This document shows, one piece after another, positions 14,785 to 27,763 of a stretch of 64,000 nucleotides of DNA. The position numbers and the translations under genes are program-made. Each line of letters starts with the position of its first letter. The first letter of the stretch is position 1. The notes below the pieces were generated by a model. It had not been told where the DNA came from. It worked only from the letters and a program-made list of their open reading frames with translations, and did not search any database. The stretch comes from the human T2T-CHM13v2.0 reference genome, Homo sapiens. The DNA is taken from NCBI RefSeq assembly GCF_009914755.1, contig NC_060926.1; one strand, 5' to 3'.

Positions 14785-15497
14785 ATATATTCTAGAATAT
14801 AGAATATTCTTATGTATTCTAGAATATAGAATATTCTAATGTATTCTAGAATATTAGAATATATATAATAATCTAGAACATTAGAATATTAACATATATA
14901 TTCTAGAATATATTAGAATATATAATATATATTCTAGAATATTCTGACATATAGAATATTAGAATATATGTAGGATATATGTTCTAGAATATTCTAACAT
15001 AGAATATTAAAATATGTAGGATATATTCTAGAATATTAGAATATTCTAATATTAGAATATATATTCTAGAATATTCTAATATTAGAATATTCTAATATTA
15101 GAATATATATTCTAGAATATTCTAATATTAGAATATATATTCTAGAATATTCTAATATTAGAATATATATTCTAGAATATTCTAATATTAGAATATATAT
15201 TCTAGAATATTCTAATATTAGAATATATATTCTAGAATATTCTAATATTAGAATATATATTCTAGAATATTCTAATATTAGAATATATATTCTAGAATAT
15301 TCTAATATTAGAATATATATTCTAGAATATTCTAATATTAGAATATATATTCTAGAATATTCTAATATTAGAATATATATTCTAGAATATTCTAATATTA
15401 GAATATATATTCTAGAATATTCTAATATTAGAATATATATTCTAGAATATTCTAATATATAGAATATTAAAATATATAGGATATATATTCTAGAATA
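14785..15497. repeat. AT-rich minisatellite, 30-bp unit TCTAATATTAGAATATATATTCTAGAATAT
   Basis: 12 perfect copies at 15091-15450 with degenerate flanking copies. Confidence 0.97.
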
Positions 15498-16179
15498 ATA
15501 GGTGGATAGTAGTGTCTCGTTGTAGTTTTAATTTACACTTCTGATGACTAACAATATGAGCTCTTTTCATATGCTTCTGAGCCAACTATAGGTCCTTTTA
15601 GGTAAAGTATATAAATGTTTTACTTATTTTAAAAATTGGATTGTTTGTCTTCTTACTGTTGAGTGATAAAATTTTCAAATATATTTTCTGTGCAAGAACT
15701 TGTCTGATATATGTTTAGTAAATAATTTCCCAGGTCTGTGGCTTGCAGTTTTGTTTTCTTAGTGGTGTCTTTCAGATAGTAAAACACTTAAAATTTGGTC
15801 GAAGATCAGTTATTTTTTTTCTTTTATGGCTCATGCTTTTTGTGTTCTAGCCAAGAAATGTTTGCCTACCCCAAGATGTAATTCTCCTGCGCTTTTTGTA
15901 AAAAATTTTAGAGTTTTATGTTTCAAAGTTAGGACTATGATTACTTTGAGTTAATTTTTGTGGATGGTGTGAGGTAAAGGACCATATTAATTTTTTTTTC
16001 TGAACAATGTGTCCAGCATCATTTGTTGAAAATCCTTTCCCCATCGAATTACCTTAGTATTTTTGTAAAAAAAACAAAAAACAACAAATCGACCATATGT
16101 ATGTGGTTTATTTCTGTATTCTCTATTCTTTTCTATAAATTTATATGTCTGTCTTTTCACCAGTATCATACTGACTTTT

Positions 16180-16556
<377 letters not shown>

Positions 16557-16608
16557 TAAGTGTCCCAACCTTGTTCTTCTTTTAACAGAATGCTTGGGTC
16601 TTTTGTGT

Positions 16609-16612
<4 letters not shown>

Positions 16613-16663
<51 letters not shown>

Positions 16664-17123
16664 TATATGAATATATATATGAATATATACGTATATATGA
16701 ATATATACATGTATGTATATATGAATATATGTATATATATGAATATATATGTATATATGAATATATATGTATATATATGTATATATATGAATATATATGT
16801 ATATATATGAATATATGTATATATATGAATATATATGTATATATGTATATATGAATATATATGAATATATATGTGTATATGAATATATATGAATATATAT
16901 GTATATGAATATATATATGAATATATATGTGTATATGAATATATATATGAATATATATGTGTATATGAATATATATATGAATATATATGTACATATATGA
17001 ATATATATGAATATATGTACATATATGAATATATATATGAATATATATGTACATATATGAATATATATGAATATATATATGTGTGTGTGTGTGTGTGTTT
17101 TCATATACATACATATATATATG
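16613..17123. repeat. Compound microsatellite (TA)n-(CA)n-[ATATATGA/ATATATGT]n-(TG)n
   Basis: Directly visible; source of the YIHI/YEYI low-complexity ORFs. Confidence 0.97.
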
Positions 17124-17215
17124 TATTAGAATCAGCATTTCAATTCCTAAAAAATTGACAGTGCATTGAAACTATAGATCACCTTGGGGAAAATCATCAT
17201 CTTAATAATATTGAA

Positions 17216-17710
17216 TGTGATAGTTATTTTTGTTTCAGCTTGACTGGTTTAAGGGATGCCCAGATAGCTGGTAAACAACATCATTTCTAGATGTATTTGT
17301 GATGGTGTTTCTGGAAGAGATTAGTGTTTGAAACAGTAGACTGAGTATAGAAGATCCACCCTGCCAACACTGGTAGGCATCATGCAATCCATTGAGGGAG
17401 CGAATAGAACCAAAAGGTGGAGGAAGGTGAATTCTCTCTCTCCTTGACCTAGGATACCCATTTTCTTTGGCCCTTGGATATTGAAGCTTGGGTTCTTGCG
17501 CTTTTGGATTCTGGGACTTATACCAGGGCCATCACCCTTCCTCTGGTTCTCAGACCTTCAGGCTCAGACTGAATTACACCAATGATTTTCCTGGTTTTTC
17601 AGCTTGTAGACAGCATATCATGAGAATTCTTAGCCTCCATACTTAAGTGAGCCAATTCCCATGGTAAATCTCCTCTTATATATGTCCTCTGGAGAATGCT
17701 GACTAATACA
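17216..17710 (+). mobile_element. MLT2B/C-like ERVL solo LTR inside the L1M
   Basis: TGTGATAGTT...AAGGGATGCCCAGATAGCTGGTAAA...GGAGAATGCTGACTAATACA. Degenerate TSD TTGAA/CTGAG. Confidence 0.85.
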
Positions 17711-19289
17711 CTGAGTCTTTAAATCTACGAATGTGGTCTATCTTCCCTTTTATTTAGGTTTTCTTTACTTTCTCTCAGCAGTATTCCATAGTTTTTGGTG
17801 TAGACACATTTGACTTGCTTAAAACAATTTTTTTATTGCTATTGTAAATGGAATTTTTTTAAAGTTCAGTTTTGAATTGTTGCTGCTTATATACTGGAAT
17901 ACGATGGCTTAAAAATATCATCCGTGTACCTTACTAAACTTATTTATTAGTTCTAGTAATTATTTTGTGGATTCCCTGAGATTTCCTACATAAATAATTC
18001 TATTGCCTGTAAATATTATTTTACTTTCTTATTGATCTTTATTCTTTTTATTTCTTTCCCATCTTTTTCATTTTACTTCCCTCTCCCTCTTTTAAAAAAT
18101 ATTACAGTGGTTTAGACTCCCAGTATAATATTGAACAGAAGCAGTGAAAGCAGGTCCCCTTGAATTGTTACCAATCTTAGGGTGCTAATGTCAAGTATGA
18201 TGTTAGCTGTAGGTTTTGCATGGATGACTATTGTCAATTTGAGAAAATTTCCAAATATTTTTAGTTTGCTGAGAGTTTTAAAAAAAAATCACAAATGAGT
18301 GCTAAATTTTGTCAAATGTCTTTTCCCCATCTATTAAAATGATAATATGAATATTCTCCTTTGATCTGTTAATGAGTGAATTATATTTGATTAGTGTTCA
18401 AATGCTAAAACCAACATTAGTTCCTTGGAATAAATTCTACACAGTTATGATGTATTGTCTGTATATTGTTAAACACAGTGTAATAATATTTTGTTAAGGA
18501 TTCTTGAATCTATCTTTCCCCTTACTTTCCTTCTATATTTTTGTTTTTGAGAGGTTTTAGTTTATTCAGTGGGAGGGATGCCCTGGAATGGGCCTTTGGT
18601 GCTACATACTGGAAGCAAAATGTGTACTTTTTTAAAAAAGTAAAATATTTAAAAATGATTCTGTAGGTAAATGTGGGTTGCTTATTGGCCAATGTTGCCA
18701 GCTAATTCCCTTAAATATTGAGGGAGAATAAACTTTTTACAAAATGTAATATAAAATTCTTCATTTATATGTCTAGTAGGATTCCAGTAGGACCATCCAC
18801 TTCCCTTTATAAGTGTTTAGAACAAAAGACTTGTGCAGTCAGATTGTAATATGCTTTAGGAAGGTAGACGTTTTTGTTGCTAGTTCATTATTTTATGACT
18901 AAGGAATTTTGAGATATATAAACTCTTCAACTTCCCAATTTGGGCTGTATTCTTATAAGGTATCAATTCCAGATTAGCACAGAAACTTCGTCTGCAATGA
19001 AAATTTGCTAAGCAAGTTGAAGTTCATTCAGTGCTAGCATGCTTGAGGAATTATGAAACATCAGACTCTGTTGCTACTGGAGATGGGGGTGGGGTTGTCT
19101 GAAGATTTTACTTAAGGTTAAATGAAGTTTTTGGACTTTCAGATAATTATTCGAATCAGAGATAAAGATATCAGCTAGAGAACCTTGTGTGCCTCCTTGT
19201 ACACTGTTGAAAGAGAAGTCTGAAGAAATGTGAGCGTTTCGGCTAAGGTGCCAAAGCCTAGTCAAGGAAATCAGGAAGTGTAGGGGAAA

Positions 19290-19490
19290 ATGCATGGACT
19301 TTTGAATCAGATGAATGTGGATGGTATTACTGGGCTTTATCCCTTACAGGCCATGTTTTCGTTTTGGAGACTTCAACTTTTGAGCCTCAGTGTTCTTAAT
19401 ATCTACTTACAAAGATCTCTGTGAAAATTAAATAAAAATATATGGAAAGCCCTTTGCATATAGTAGCAATGAAATAGATGCTAATTCCTT
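19290..19490 (+). mobile_element. MIR
   Basis: GCATGGACTTTTGAATCAGA...TGAGCCTCAGTGTTCTT. Confidence 0.6.
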
Positions 19491-21064
19491 TTTTTATAGG
19501 TCAGTATTTAAAATATTGAAACAGTATATTCACCGTTTTTTGAAAATTACTTTTAAAAAGCCAGATTTTTTTTGACAGATCATTTTTCTTCTATGTATGT
19601 TGTTATTTAAGCAGCATTCTTAGTCTCTCTCTCTCTAGACTGGAAGCTCCAGGAAGACAACAAACTTGTTTATCCGGCTTATGGTTGTATTCCCAGATAT
19701 TAGCAGAGAAATTGGTACATCATAAGCAATGATGTTTATTCCCTGAGTGATGAAATGTTGTTTGCAAGTCGTTCCTATACAACTGTTGGTCTCTGGAAAG
19801 CTTCTTAATTGCTTATTTTTCCCCAAGAGAGTCCAAGATACCAGAGTGCATTGCAGTCAGCAAAGGCTACAAAAATGAAAAAACACACAGATGGCCAGAG
19901 GTGGTCCAACTCATTCTTCTTTACTCCAAAAAAATAACTCCCCAAATAGAATATTTTCGAAATTTAGGGATAGGGATATTTTGCCTTGTGGGGTGGCTAA
20001 TAGTTAAGCCAAAAAAAAAAAAAAAGTCTTGGTTATGAATGTTGTGGCTATCAGCTTTTTTTTTATTTGCTTGACAAAGAATTCCTTTCTTTACTATAAA
20101 TTTCTTGACTGTTTAACATTATAAGAATACCTGATGTACAATACAATTAAAGCTAAAGCCCCTTCTGAAAAGTTGATAGCTATTGAGATTCTGACTATTT
20201 AAAACATTCAAAAGAGGCTTTAAGTGATCACATGTAAATTAGATCTCTACAGAGGTGACACAAGAATAAAAAACTGCTTATGTACAGTGATTGAAACCCA
20301 GCAGTCTCCTTTGAGAGGCACAGAGAGATGATGATGGTGGTTAGTGTAGCTAGCTGGTTTCTTGACTAGCATGTTAAGCCAATTAATAAAGGTACACCTG
20401 GCATCTGAGTATTTTCCTTCCAATTTTTTTCTTTCGAGAACAAGTATGTTTAAGAAAGCTAGAAAGAAAGAAAAAAAAGGGAAAGAAAAAGCAAGGCAGC
20501 TCATTTTATTTTATTTTTTTCATGATTTGTTCTTAAAGTTTTCTTTTTAGAAAATAAATGCAAGAATGTTTTTGGAACCATCTGAAAAATGTGTGTTTCT
20601 ATTTCCAGTAGGACTTGAACCAGGACTGAGATAATTTTAAGTTTAACTGACAGCTCTTAAGCAGAAATGCTAAACCTTCAAATCCTCAGTCCTCTCTGCA
20701 ACTGGAGTTTTCTTTAAGATTGTCAAATAAATATGTTTGGGGAAGATGGTAATTAAGTGTGAACAGATGGTTGTTTTTAGCTGAGATATTAAGTCTCGGT
20801 GTTTAATAGAATGATTTGCCCTGTTGGAATCAGTGGGTGTGATGTAGTTTACTGGCTGGCAAGACATCAAGTTTGTCAAAGCTAATTGGGAACCATGATA
20901 GAGATTCAAATTCCTTATATGGTTTTTAGGACTGGGGAAGTGTTAGAGGAAGATTACGACACTGCTACTCCATGCCAAAACGTTACACTACGGCTCTGCA
21001 GACTGAAGATTGCCTCACAAGCAGAAATATACTCTTTCCAACAAACACTGGTGGAATGAAAAGG

Positions 21065-21190
21065 ACATTGGATTCCTGCTTCCAGTTACTGCTTGCCCTT
21101 CCCTGACTTTGTGACCTGAGGCAAGTCCCCAAATCCCTCTGGGCCCCAGTATCCTCATTTTTCAAATGGAGGAGGGTTAGAATTAAGATG
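21065..21190 (+). mobile_element. MIR/MIR3 core
   Basis: TGTGACCTGAGGCAAGTCCCCAAATCCCTCTGGGCCCCAGTATCCTCATTTTTCAAATGG. Confidence 0.7.
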
Positions 21191-22946
21191 CAATCATGCA
21201 TCCAGTTGTTTTCCAAAGCATTGTCCAGCTAGGGAAGTGGTAGCACGTGGTGACTGAGAGCTTCCCCGATCCTTTTAGATCAAAGAACACTTCTATGCCT
21301 TTGTGCAACTGGTGTGCTGTGGGTACAGGTACTTTTACATCCTCTAGTTAGTGAGTGCAAAGTACTCTTGGAAGCTCCCAAGCACTCAAGGTTTCAATCT
21401 GCATTCTTCTCCTCTATATGCACTTTATATTTCAGGTTTTATAGTTTGAGGATTTGAAAGGTAAGAAAAGTGTGAGCTACAGATTTTGGAAGAATCCAGG
21501 AGCTGAGCTCATAGCTAAGAACATGTCAGGGGTGTTAAGCAGCTCTGAAGTATGTAACAAAGGCCATTTAGGTCTCAGGAGGCTGCCACCAGAACACTAC
21601 CTGCCCCTCTAGCCCATGCCAGCCAGGTGGGGGACAGGTGGAAAGATGGAGATGTGGACAGCATCAGAGATTTTTCAGCTTTCATATGCCACATACTCAT
21701 GCTATGTTTATGCACACACACACATACACATGCACACACACGATTTAAATAAAGGTTTTCACTGAAAATCTTGTGGTTAGATTGTGCCTTAAAGTTTTTG
21801 GTTAGCCCAAGGGATAGATGCTGTTGTGAGGGAAATTTCACAGCAAAGAAAATATTTAATGAAACTCCTTACCTGGGGAGCCCATAGAAAGAAGGGGATA
21901 TGACCTCAACACTCTAAAATATAAAACTTTACTCTTCAGAAACAATTATCTTATTTCACTGAAGGAGAAGGCAGGCCATGTCTTCACAAGCCCAGGGTTT
22001 GCCAAGTGGATAAATTCCCTGGGAAAATGGTGCTTCTGATCATTTTTGTCCCCAGTGTCTAAGGGTCATTATTGTGAAGTATACATTCCCGGCAAGCATT
22101 GTCAGGAGCTAGGTCTGTTGTTTAATAAATGAACACTCATGGACTTGGAAGCAGATGGCAGCTCCCCTGAGAGGAAGTGGGAGATTTGGGAGAGGACAGC
22201 AGCACAGCCTCACTCACAATCCCTTATTTTGGCGGAGGAAAGTAAGGGCTCTTCAGGGTATGTTTCTACCTTCTCATGGCTGAAATCCGATGAGGCATTG
22301 GACCTCCTCACGCAGAGTCTTTGGATGCTTCTGTCTGAGCCTGAGCAGTGGGCCAGATGGACTATCGGTCTGCCTCAGGTGGTGTTTCTTATGGTTTCAA
22401 TTAGACCTGAATCTATCAAGTGCATTGCAAATGCCCAGAATGGGGCAAGGACAAGCCACCTTTCCAGGAGGCATTTTCTGTCCTCATAATCAATGTCAAA
22501 ACACTTCTTGCCTTGTATACAATCCATCTGGCTGGTAACTGAGCCCAAAACTTAGAAGTTCCTCTTAGTTTACTTTAGAGAAAGATTTCTCCATTCTACA
22601 CACTGTTAGTCTGTCCATGGGGCTGCACGGTAGCTTAGGTTATGGGAGGGATTGCAAAGATTTTCCATTTGGAAATCTGAGATGATTGGAAAAATGAATG
22701 GAAAAAAATCAGGCTTCCAGAATTTCATTTCTACCAAACAATCATCTATGTAAATTATTCCCTGTGACTACGTGTCCAATGTATCAAAAGCATCCAGATA
22801 TGGTATGGAAACAGGATTGACAATCTTACCAGTTAAAAATAGATATAGATAAAATGTATGTTTTATCTGTATATCTCATGATGTGCTCTTTTATTGAGAT
22901 TATCTTAAATAATTACATATTGTAATGACTAAACAACAAAACCAAA

Positions 22947-23125
22947 AGCTGGGTGTGGCAGAAAGCACCTATAGTCCCAGCTATTTGGGAGACTGAAGCG
23001 GGAAGATTGTTTGAGTTCAGGAGCTTGAGACCAGCCTGAGCAATATAGCAAGACCTCCATCTAAAGGTAAATAAATAAAATGAAATAAAATAAAATAAAA
23101 TAATAAATTTAAAAATTAAAAAAAC
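22947..23125 (+). mobile_element. Free Alu monomer (FLAM_A-like)
   Basis: Single arm ending GAGACCAGCCTGAGCAATATAGCAAGACC, then a (TAAAA)n tail. Confidence 0.85.
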
Positions 23126-23364
23126 AATTAAAACTTTAGTTTGAAACATACACAGGTCCACTGTCATCTTTACTCATGGTTGCTGATGTTCTAATTTTCA
23201 CATATATTCCATGACTGCATCCTTTGTGTCTTTCAATCTCGTATCAAATGTCCCTCCTCAGAGGTCTTTCTGACTACTTTAACAAAACCCCCAGCTAAAA
23301 AATCTTCACCTCTAGTCCAGAGAACAACTGGACAATTACGGCAGAAGACCACAGTGTGTGTCTT

Positions 23365-23826
23365 TTATTCCTTTATTCTTAAAATAACAGAATGCTCCAA
23401 GTTGTAGCCAGATACTCAACTGCTCAAATAGATACTACACTTCCCAGATGGCCTTGTAATTGTTGTGGTCACGTGACTAAGTTTGGGCCAATGGGAAGTG
23501 AGAGGAATGAAAACACAACACTTATAGTCATCTTCTTATTGATGCACCGTGTGTCCTGGTCATCCTTTCTTGCTTTCCCACAGGCTGGAATGTAGACATG
23601 GTGCATGTGAATTGCTCCAGATGAGTGCACTGGATGAGTATACCACTCTGGGAGATGAACAGGGAGATGGATAGCACCTTGGTCCTTGGGGACCCCTGTA
23701 GATGCAGCACCTTCCACCCCTGGACAGGTCACCTTTAGGAGCAAAAAAAATACACTTTTATCTTCTTTAAGCACCGTATTTTCAATCTCTCTGTTACTGA
23801 AATTCAGGTGTACCCTAAACAATACA
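23365..23826 (+). mobile_element. Old MLT1 MaLR LTR inside an L2
   Basis: GGTCACGTGACTAAGTTTGGGCCAATGGGAAGTGAG motif; ends AATACA. Confidence 0.65.
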
Positions 23827-24035
23827 TTCTCTATCACGTCTATTTCATTTTCTTCATAATAGTTACCCCTATATTTATTTCTCTCATTGATCTGTTTATT
23901 TGTTTATTGTCTATCATCTTTCACTGAAATAGATTCCACTAGGACAGAAATTTTGTGTTAACTTCTGCATCCCCAGCAGCTAGAACAGTGCCTGACACAT
24001 AATAGGTGCTCAATAAATAGTTATGAATTAATGAA
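23827..24035 (+). mobile_element. L2 3' end (upstream part near 23170-23300)
   Basis: CTAGAACAGTGCCTGACACATAATAGGTGCTCAATAAATA...TGAATTAATGAA. Confidence 0.85.
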
Positions 24036-24143
24036 GGACTTTAAGGCATATCTGTTATGGGTTATGAGAGAGCCCATGAGACTTCTTGGAGTAGATTCTC
24101 AGCAGCTTTATTAACCATGGGAGTTTTACTAACCTCTGGGAGG

Positions 24144-24216
24144 CCACAGAGGAGCAGGATGCCATGGTAACTCTTATTTACTCATCATGCCTGTTCTGGG
24201 AGCTTTTTATATTCTA
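24144..24216 (+). repeat. 73-bp direct repeat of 24534-24606
   Basis: CCACAGAGGAGCAGGATGCCATGG...CTTTTTATATTCTA, 69/73 identical. Confidence 0.95.
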
Positions 24217-24227
24217 ATGGTTGACCT

Positions 24228-24281
24228 GGTCATTATTTTATTTTTATCTGGTTTGTTCTAAGAACTACCTCTAATGTTTAT
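24228..24281 (+). repeat. 54-bp direct repeat of 25861-25914 (retrocopy interior)
   Basis: GGTCATTATTTTATTTTTATCTGGTTTGTTCTAAGAACT...AATGTTTAT, 52/54 identical. Confidence 0.95.
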
Positions 24282-24796
24282 GTGGTGAGATACCAGAGCA
24301 GTGGTATCCCGCTGGTCATTCATTCCACACATATTTATCGAGGGCCTGTTATCTGCCAGGTGAACTGGTTGGGGGAGGTGTGCCATTTTATTCTAACATC
24401 AGGACCAATGTCAACACGTTAAATGTACGAAAAGAGGGTTCATATTAGTTCACACTTGACAAATCACAGAGTCATACGAATGAGGAACTTAGCCAAGAAT
24501 GATATTTACAACTAAATCTGTAAGGAGGGGAGTCCACAGAGGAGCAGGATGCCATGGTAACTCTTATTTACCCAACACACCTGTTCTGGGAGCTTTTTAT
24601 ATTCTAGGGAGAGATGCATTCTCTCTCACAATGAATCAGGGACACGATCTGACTCCTATAAGGGCCATATTCAAAAAGTGGTGAGATATTTTATATCTGG
24701 ACTTTACTGACTAGTGAAAGTAAAATCTTTTAAACTGAGTTTCACCATAATTGGTAATGGGAATAATTAAGCAGGCGAGAATTTATTCAACTCTGG

Positions 24797-25091
<295 letters not shown>

Positions 25092-25206
25092 TGAATAAAA
25101 AATATTGCTGGGAGAAAATTAGGAAAGGCAGACTGAGGTTTTTGGTTGAGGAAAATTCCACTTGATTTTAGGGGAAATGATTCATTTTAGAGTAGGTTCT
25201 AGATTA

Positions 25207-26986
25207 TAGTGGTCCTCAAATCTTGCTGTGTGTAAGAATGTGCTTAACTCTAGAAAGTAATAATTGCATCATAGGCATTTATTTTTTTAAACTTAAAAGC
25301 CTAGAATTTTCCTAGGAAGAAAATAGGAGACATTTCAGGGTAATTTGGTGTGGGTGTATATACTCTCAACAGAAAACCAGTGTTTGTGAATATCATGCCT
25401 CAGCACCGTCACTTTAAAAACCTGTCCAGATGTCACTATAAACTTGGAAATGCACAGTTCTGAGTTTTCATGTTTGAAATGTAAAATGTAAACTTTGGTC
25501 AATATCCAGGCTTGTTTTCTACTATTCTAATAATGAGAGAATTAATGGCAAGGCCTGTACTTTCAGGAAAGGATAGAACTACAGGTTAACAACTAGAAAG
25601 TCTTGATATCTTTAGCCCAAAGTTTACTTTTGAATGAAAGTCTTTACACTGACTGGTTGTGTTTGGTTTATTTAGTTAGCTTTATATGGTGTGTGTATGT
25701 TAGGTTGAGGGGTTGTTAACCACCTCCTTAATGGTCTGCTTTTACTCCATGTGTCTCCTGTCACAGGTAATGGAAAACAAGTAGAATAGGTGACCTCTTA
25801 ATTTTGAATTTTTTCATGAGAAGTGTTTGCAGAGTTATTACCTCAGTTTATAACCTACCAGGTCATTATTTTATTTTTATCTGGTTTGTTCTAAGAACTG
25901 CCTCCAATGTTTATATATTCATGCTTAAACACACTGAGAGTGAGACACCATAAAAGTTGGTCAAATTTTTGCAGAGTCCTTATTTTATGTGTTTTATGCA
26001 CCTCTACTTTAGGTAATTATAGGGATTGCATTTACAGAGTCTGGTATAATACCATGAAAACAGGCTTATTTCAAACACTAGCTATGTCAGTTGGAAAGCC
26101 AGCATCATTTGCCTTGAAAAAGCTTTTTGACAACACATAGGCATTCTTTTAAAACCACACCGAGGCATTTTGTTTCAGATACTTATGTTGTGTTTTGCGT
26201 TTCTGAAATCTAGCACCTCTGCGTATTTGAAAATAATGGGACATCTTTTATTGGATTTTGGAAAATTGTTTCCCATGGGATTCCAACCTCACTACCAAAT
26301 GAGTAAAAGCTTGGTTAAGGACTCTTCCATATATTCTCCTCCTTTAGAAGAGATCAGATGGTGATGAGAAGTACAGAAAGGACTATTTTAAAATTGGACT
26401 GAAGGAGAAAAAAACAAGTTTGTTAGTTTCATTCCCCATTCTAGTTATTAGAACCAAGTTAAACACCCACAATCTTAAAGAAAATCCTTGAAGGTTTTAA
26501 TTAAATATTTTACACATTTAAAGTCTTGTAATGGTACTTTAAGTGTCACTGTAGCATGTGAAAGGCTTTGTATAGACAGGTAAAATTTCCATTTCTGAGT
26601 GATGAAATGTGATATCACCCCTTCAACTTTAACTTGAAGTTAAAACTGTCAGATTTTTTTTTTTTTTATAATTTAAGGAAGGTAAAGTTAGGGGACTAGA
26701 AGACTTCTAAATTGTCTTCTACAGAGCCAAGGATTTAAATGTAACTAGTTTGTTGTGATTTTACAGTTAAAATTATATTTGTGTGTATATATAACTTATC
26801 TGTAAAGTGTAATAAATACATTTGCAATTAAAAAAAAAAGAATGTGCTTAAAATGCAGATGTTTGCACTCACCCCTGGAGAACAGATTTAGTGAGTTCAG
26901 GGCTGGGGGTAGAAAACTGCTTTTAAATAAGCTTCCCAAGTGATCTCTGAGCAAGTCATTCTTGGATTACACCTTGAGAAGCACTG
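25207..26986. mobile_element. MER5-type hAT element split by the retrocopy (pieces 25207-25247 and 26838-26986)
   Basis: TAGTGGTCCTCAAA start; resumes TTAAAATGCAGAT and ends TTGAGAAGCACTG. Confidence 0.75.
25248..26837 (+). pseudogene. 5'-truncated processed retrocopy of an mRNA 3' UTR (parent gene not identified)
   Basis: AATAAA at 26811-26816, A10 at 26830-26839, perfect 14-bp TSD AAGAATGTGCTTAA (25234-25247 / 26838-26851). Splits a MER5 element. AU-rich body with no recognisable TE and no long ORF. Confidence 0.85.
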
Positions 26987-27763
26987 TCTTAGAAAAACCA
27001 CCCCATTAGCTGGAAGCCTCTGATGGGACTGCAGAGACCCATGGCAGGGTTTTAGAAGCTCCCTGGCACAAGCTTTCAGAGGACAAGCAGCTGCTTTAGT
27101 TTTCCATCCCTCATTAATAGAATCTGGAGCCTACAGTAGCTGGCATGCGATTTAGAACTATTTTAAACAAAAGAAAACAAATGATGTGCAGCTGGAAACT
27201 GCTACCTTGCAACATAAATTCTGCTGCAATTTGTTTTCAATTTCTTGCAGATGTGGCACAGCAATGTGATTGCACTTTCTAAAGTCCATAGTGCTAGAGT
27301 GGCGACCTACAAGAATCTGACAAGGCCAACCTGCTCTGGGGAATATGTGACCACATAATTTTTTTCTTAAAGTTATGAACATGTAAATATTCAACATGAC
27401 CAAAGCTGAGTGTTTCAGCATTTTATTTCAGTAGATCCTTTATATTTCTCTGACTGTAGGACAAAATCATCCCTGAATAGACTGTCTATGTGTTTTTATT
27501 TCTCTTCATAGGCAATATTATAGCCACCGTGTTGTATTAAAATTACACGACAGCAGCTTTACCTTTCTGACACTTGTTTGCTATATAGTGACACATGCAT
27601 GTGCAGAAATCTGCAGAGAATGGCTGTGGCTGATTTGTAAAGCCTTTGGAGCCTCCAATCTTTGCCTTTGCTTTACCTGTGGAGCTGCTGAATACACCCT
27701 TGTGGACATATTTATGGAGTGTTTCCTCAAAATTCATAGACTACATCATAATTCCTTGGGTGG

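Noticed and set aside
15091-15450. Regular 30-bp repeat array as a CRISPR-like locus
   Set aside because: Head-to-tail units with no spacers, no cas genes, and a primate context.
25907-26364. Short ORFs inside the retrocopy as parent CDS
   Set aside because: Short, AT-rich and without recognisable protein features; the sequence behaves like a 3' UTR.
25248-26837. Assigning a parent gene symbol to the retrocopy
   Set aside because: I do not recognise it with enough certainty; it needs a BLASTN search.
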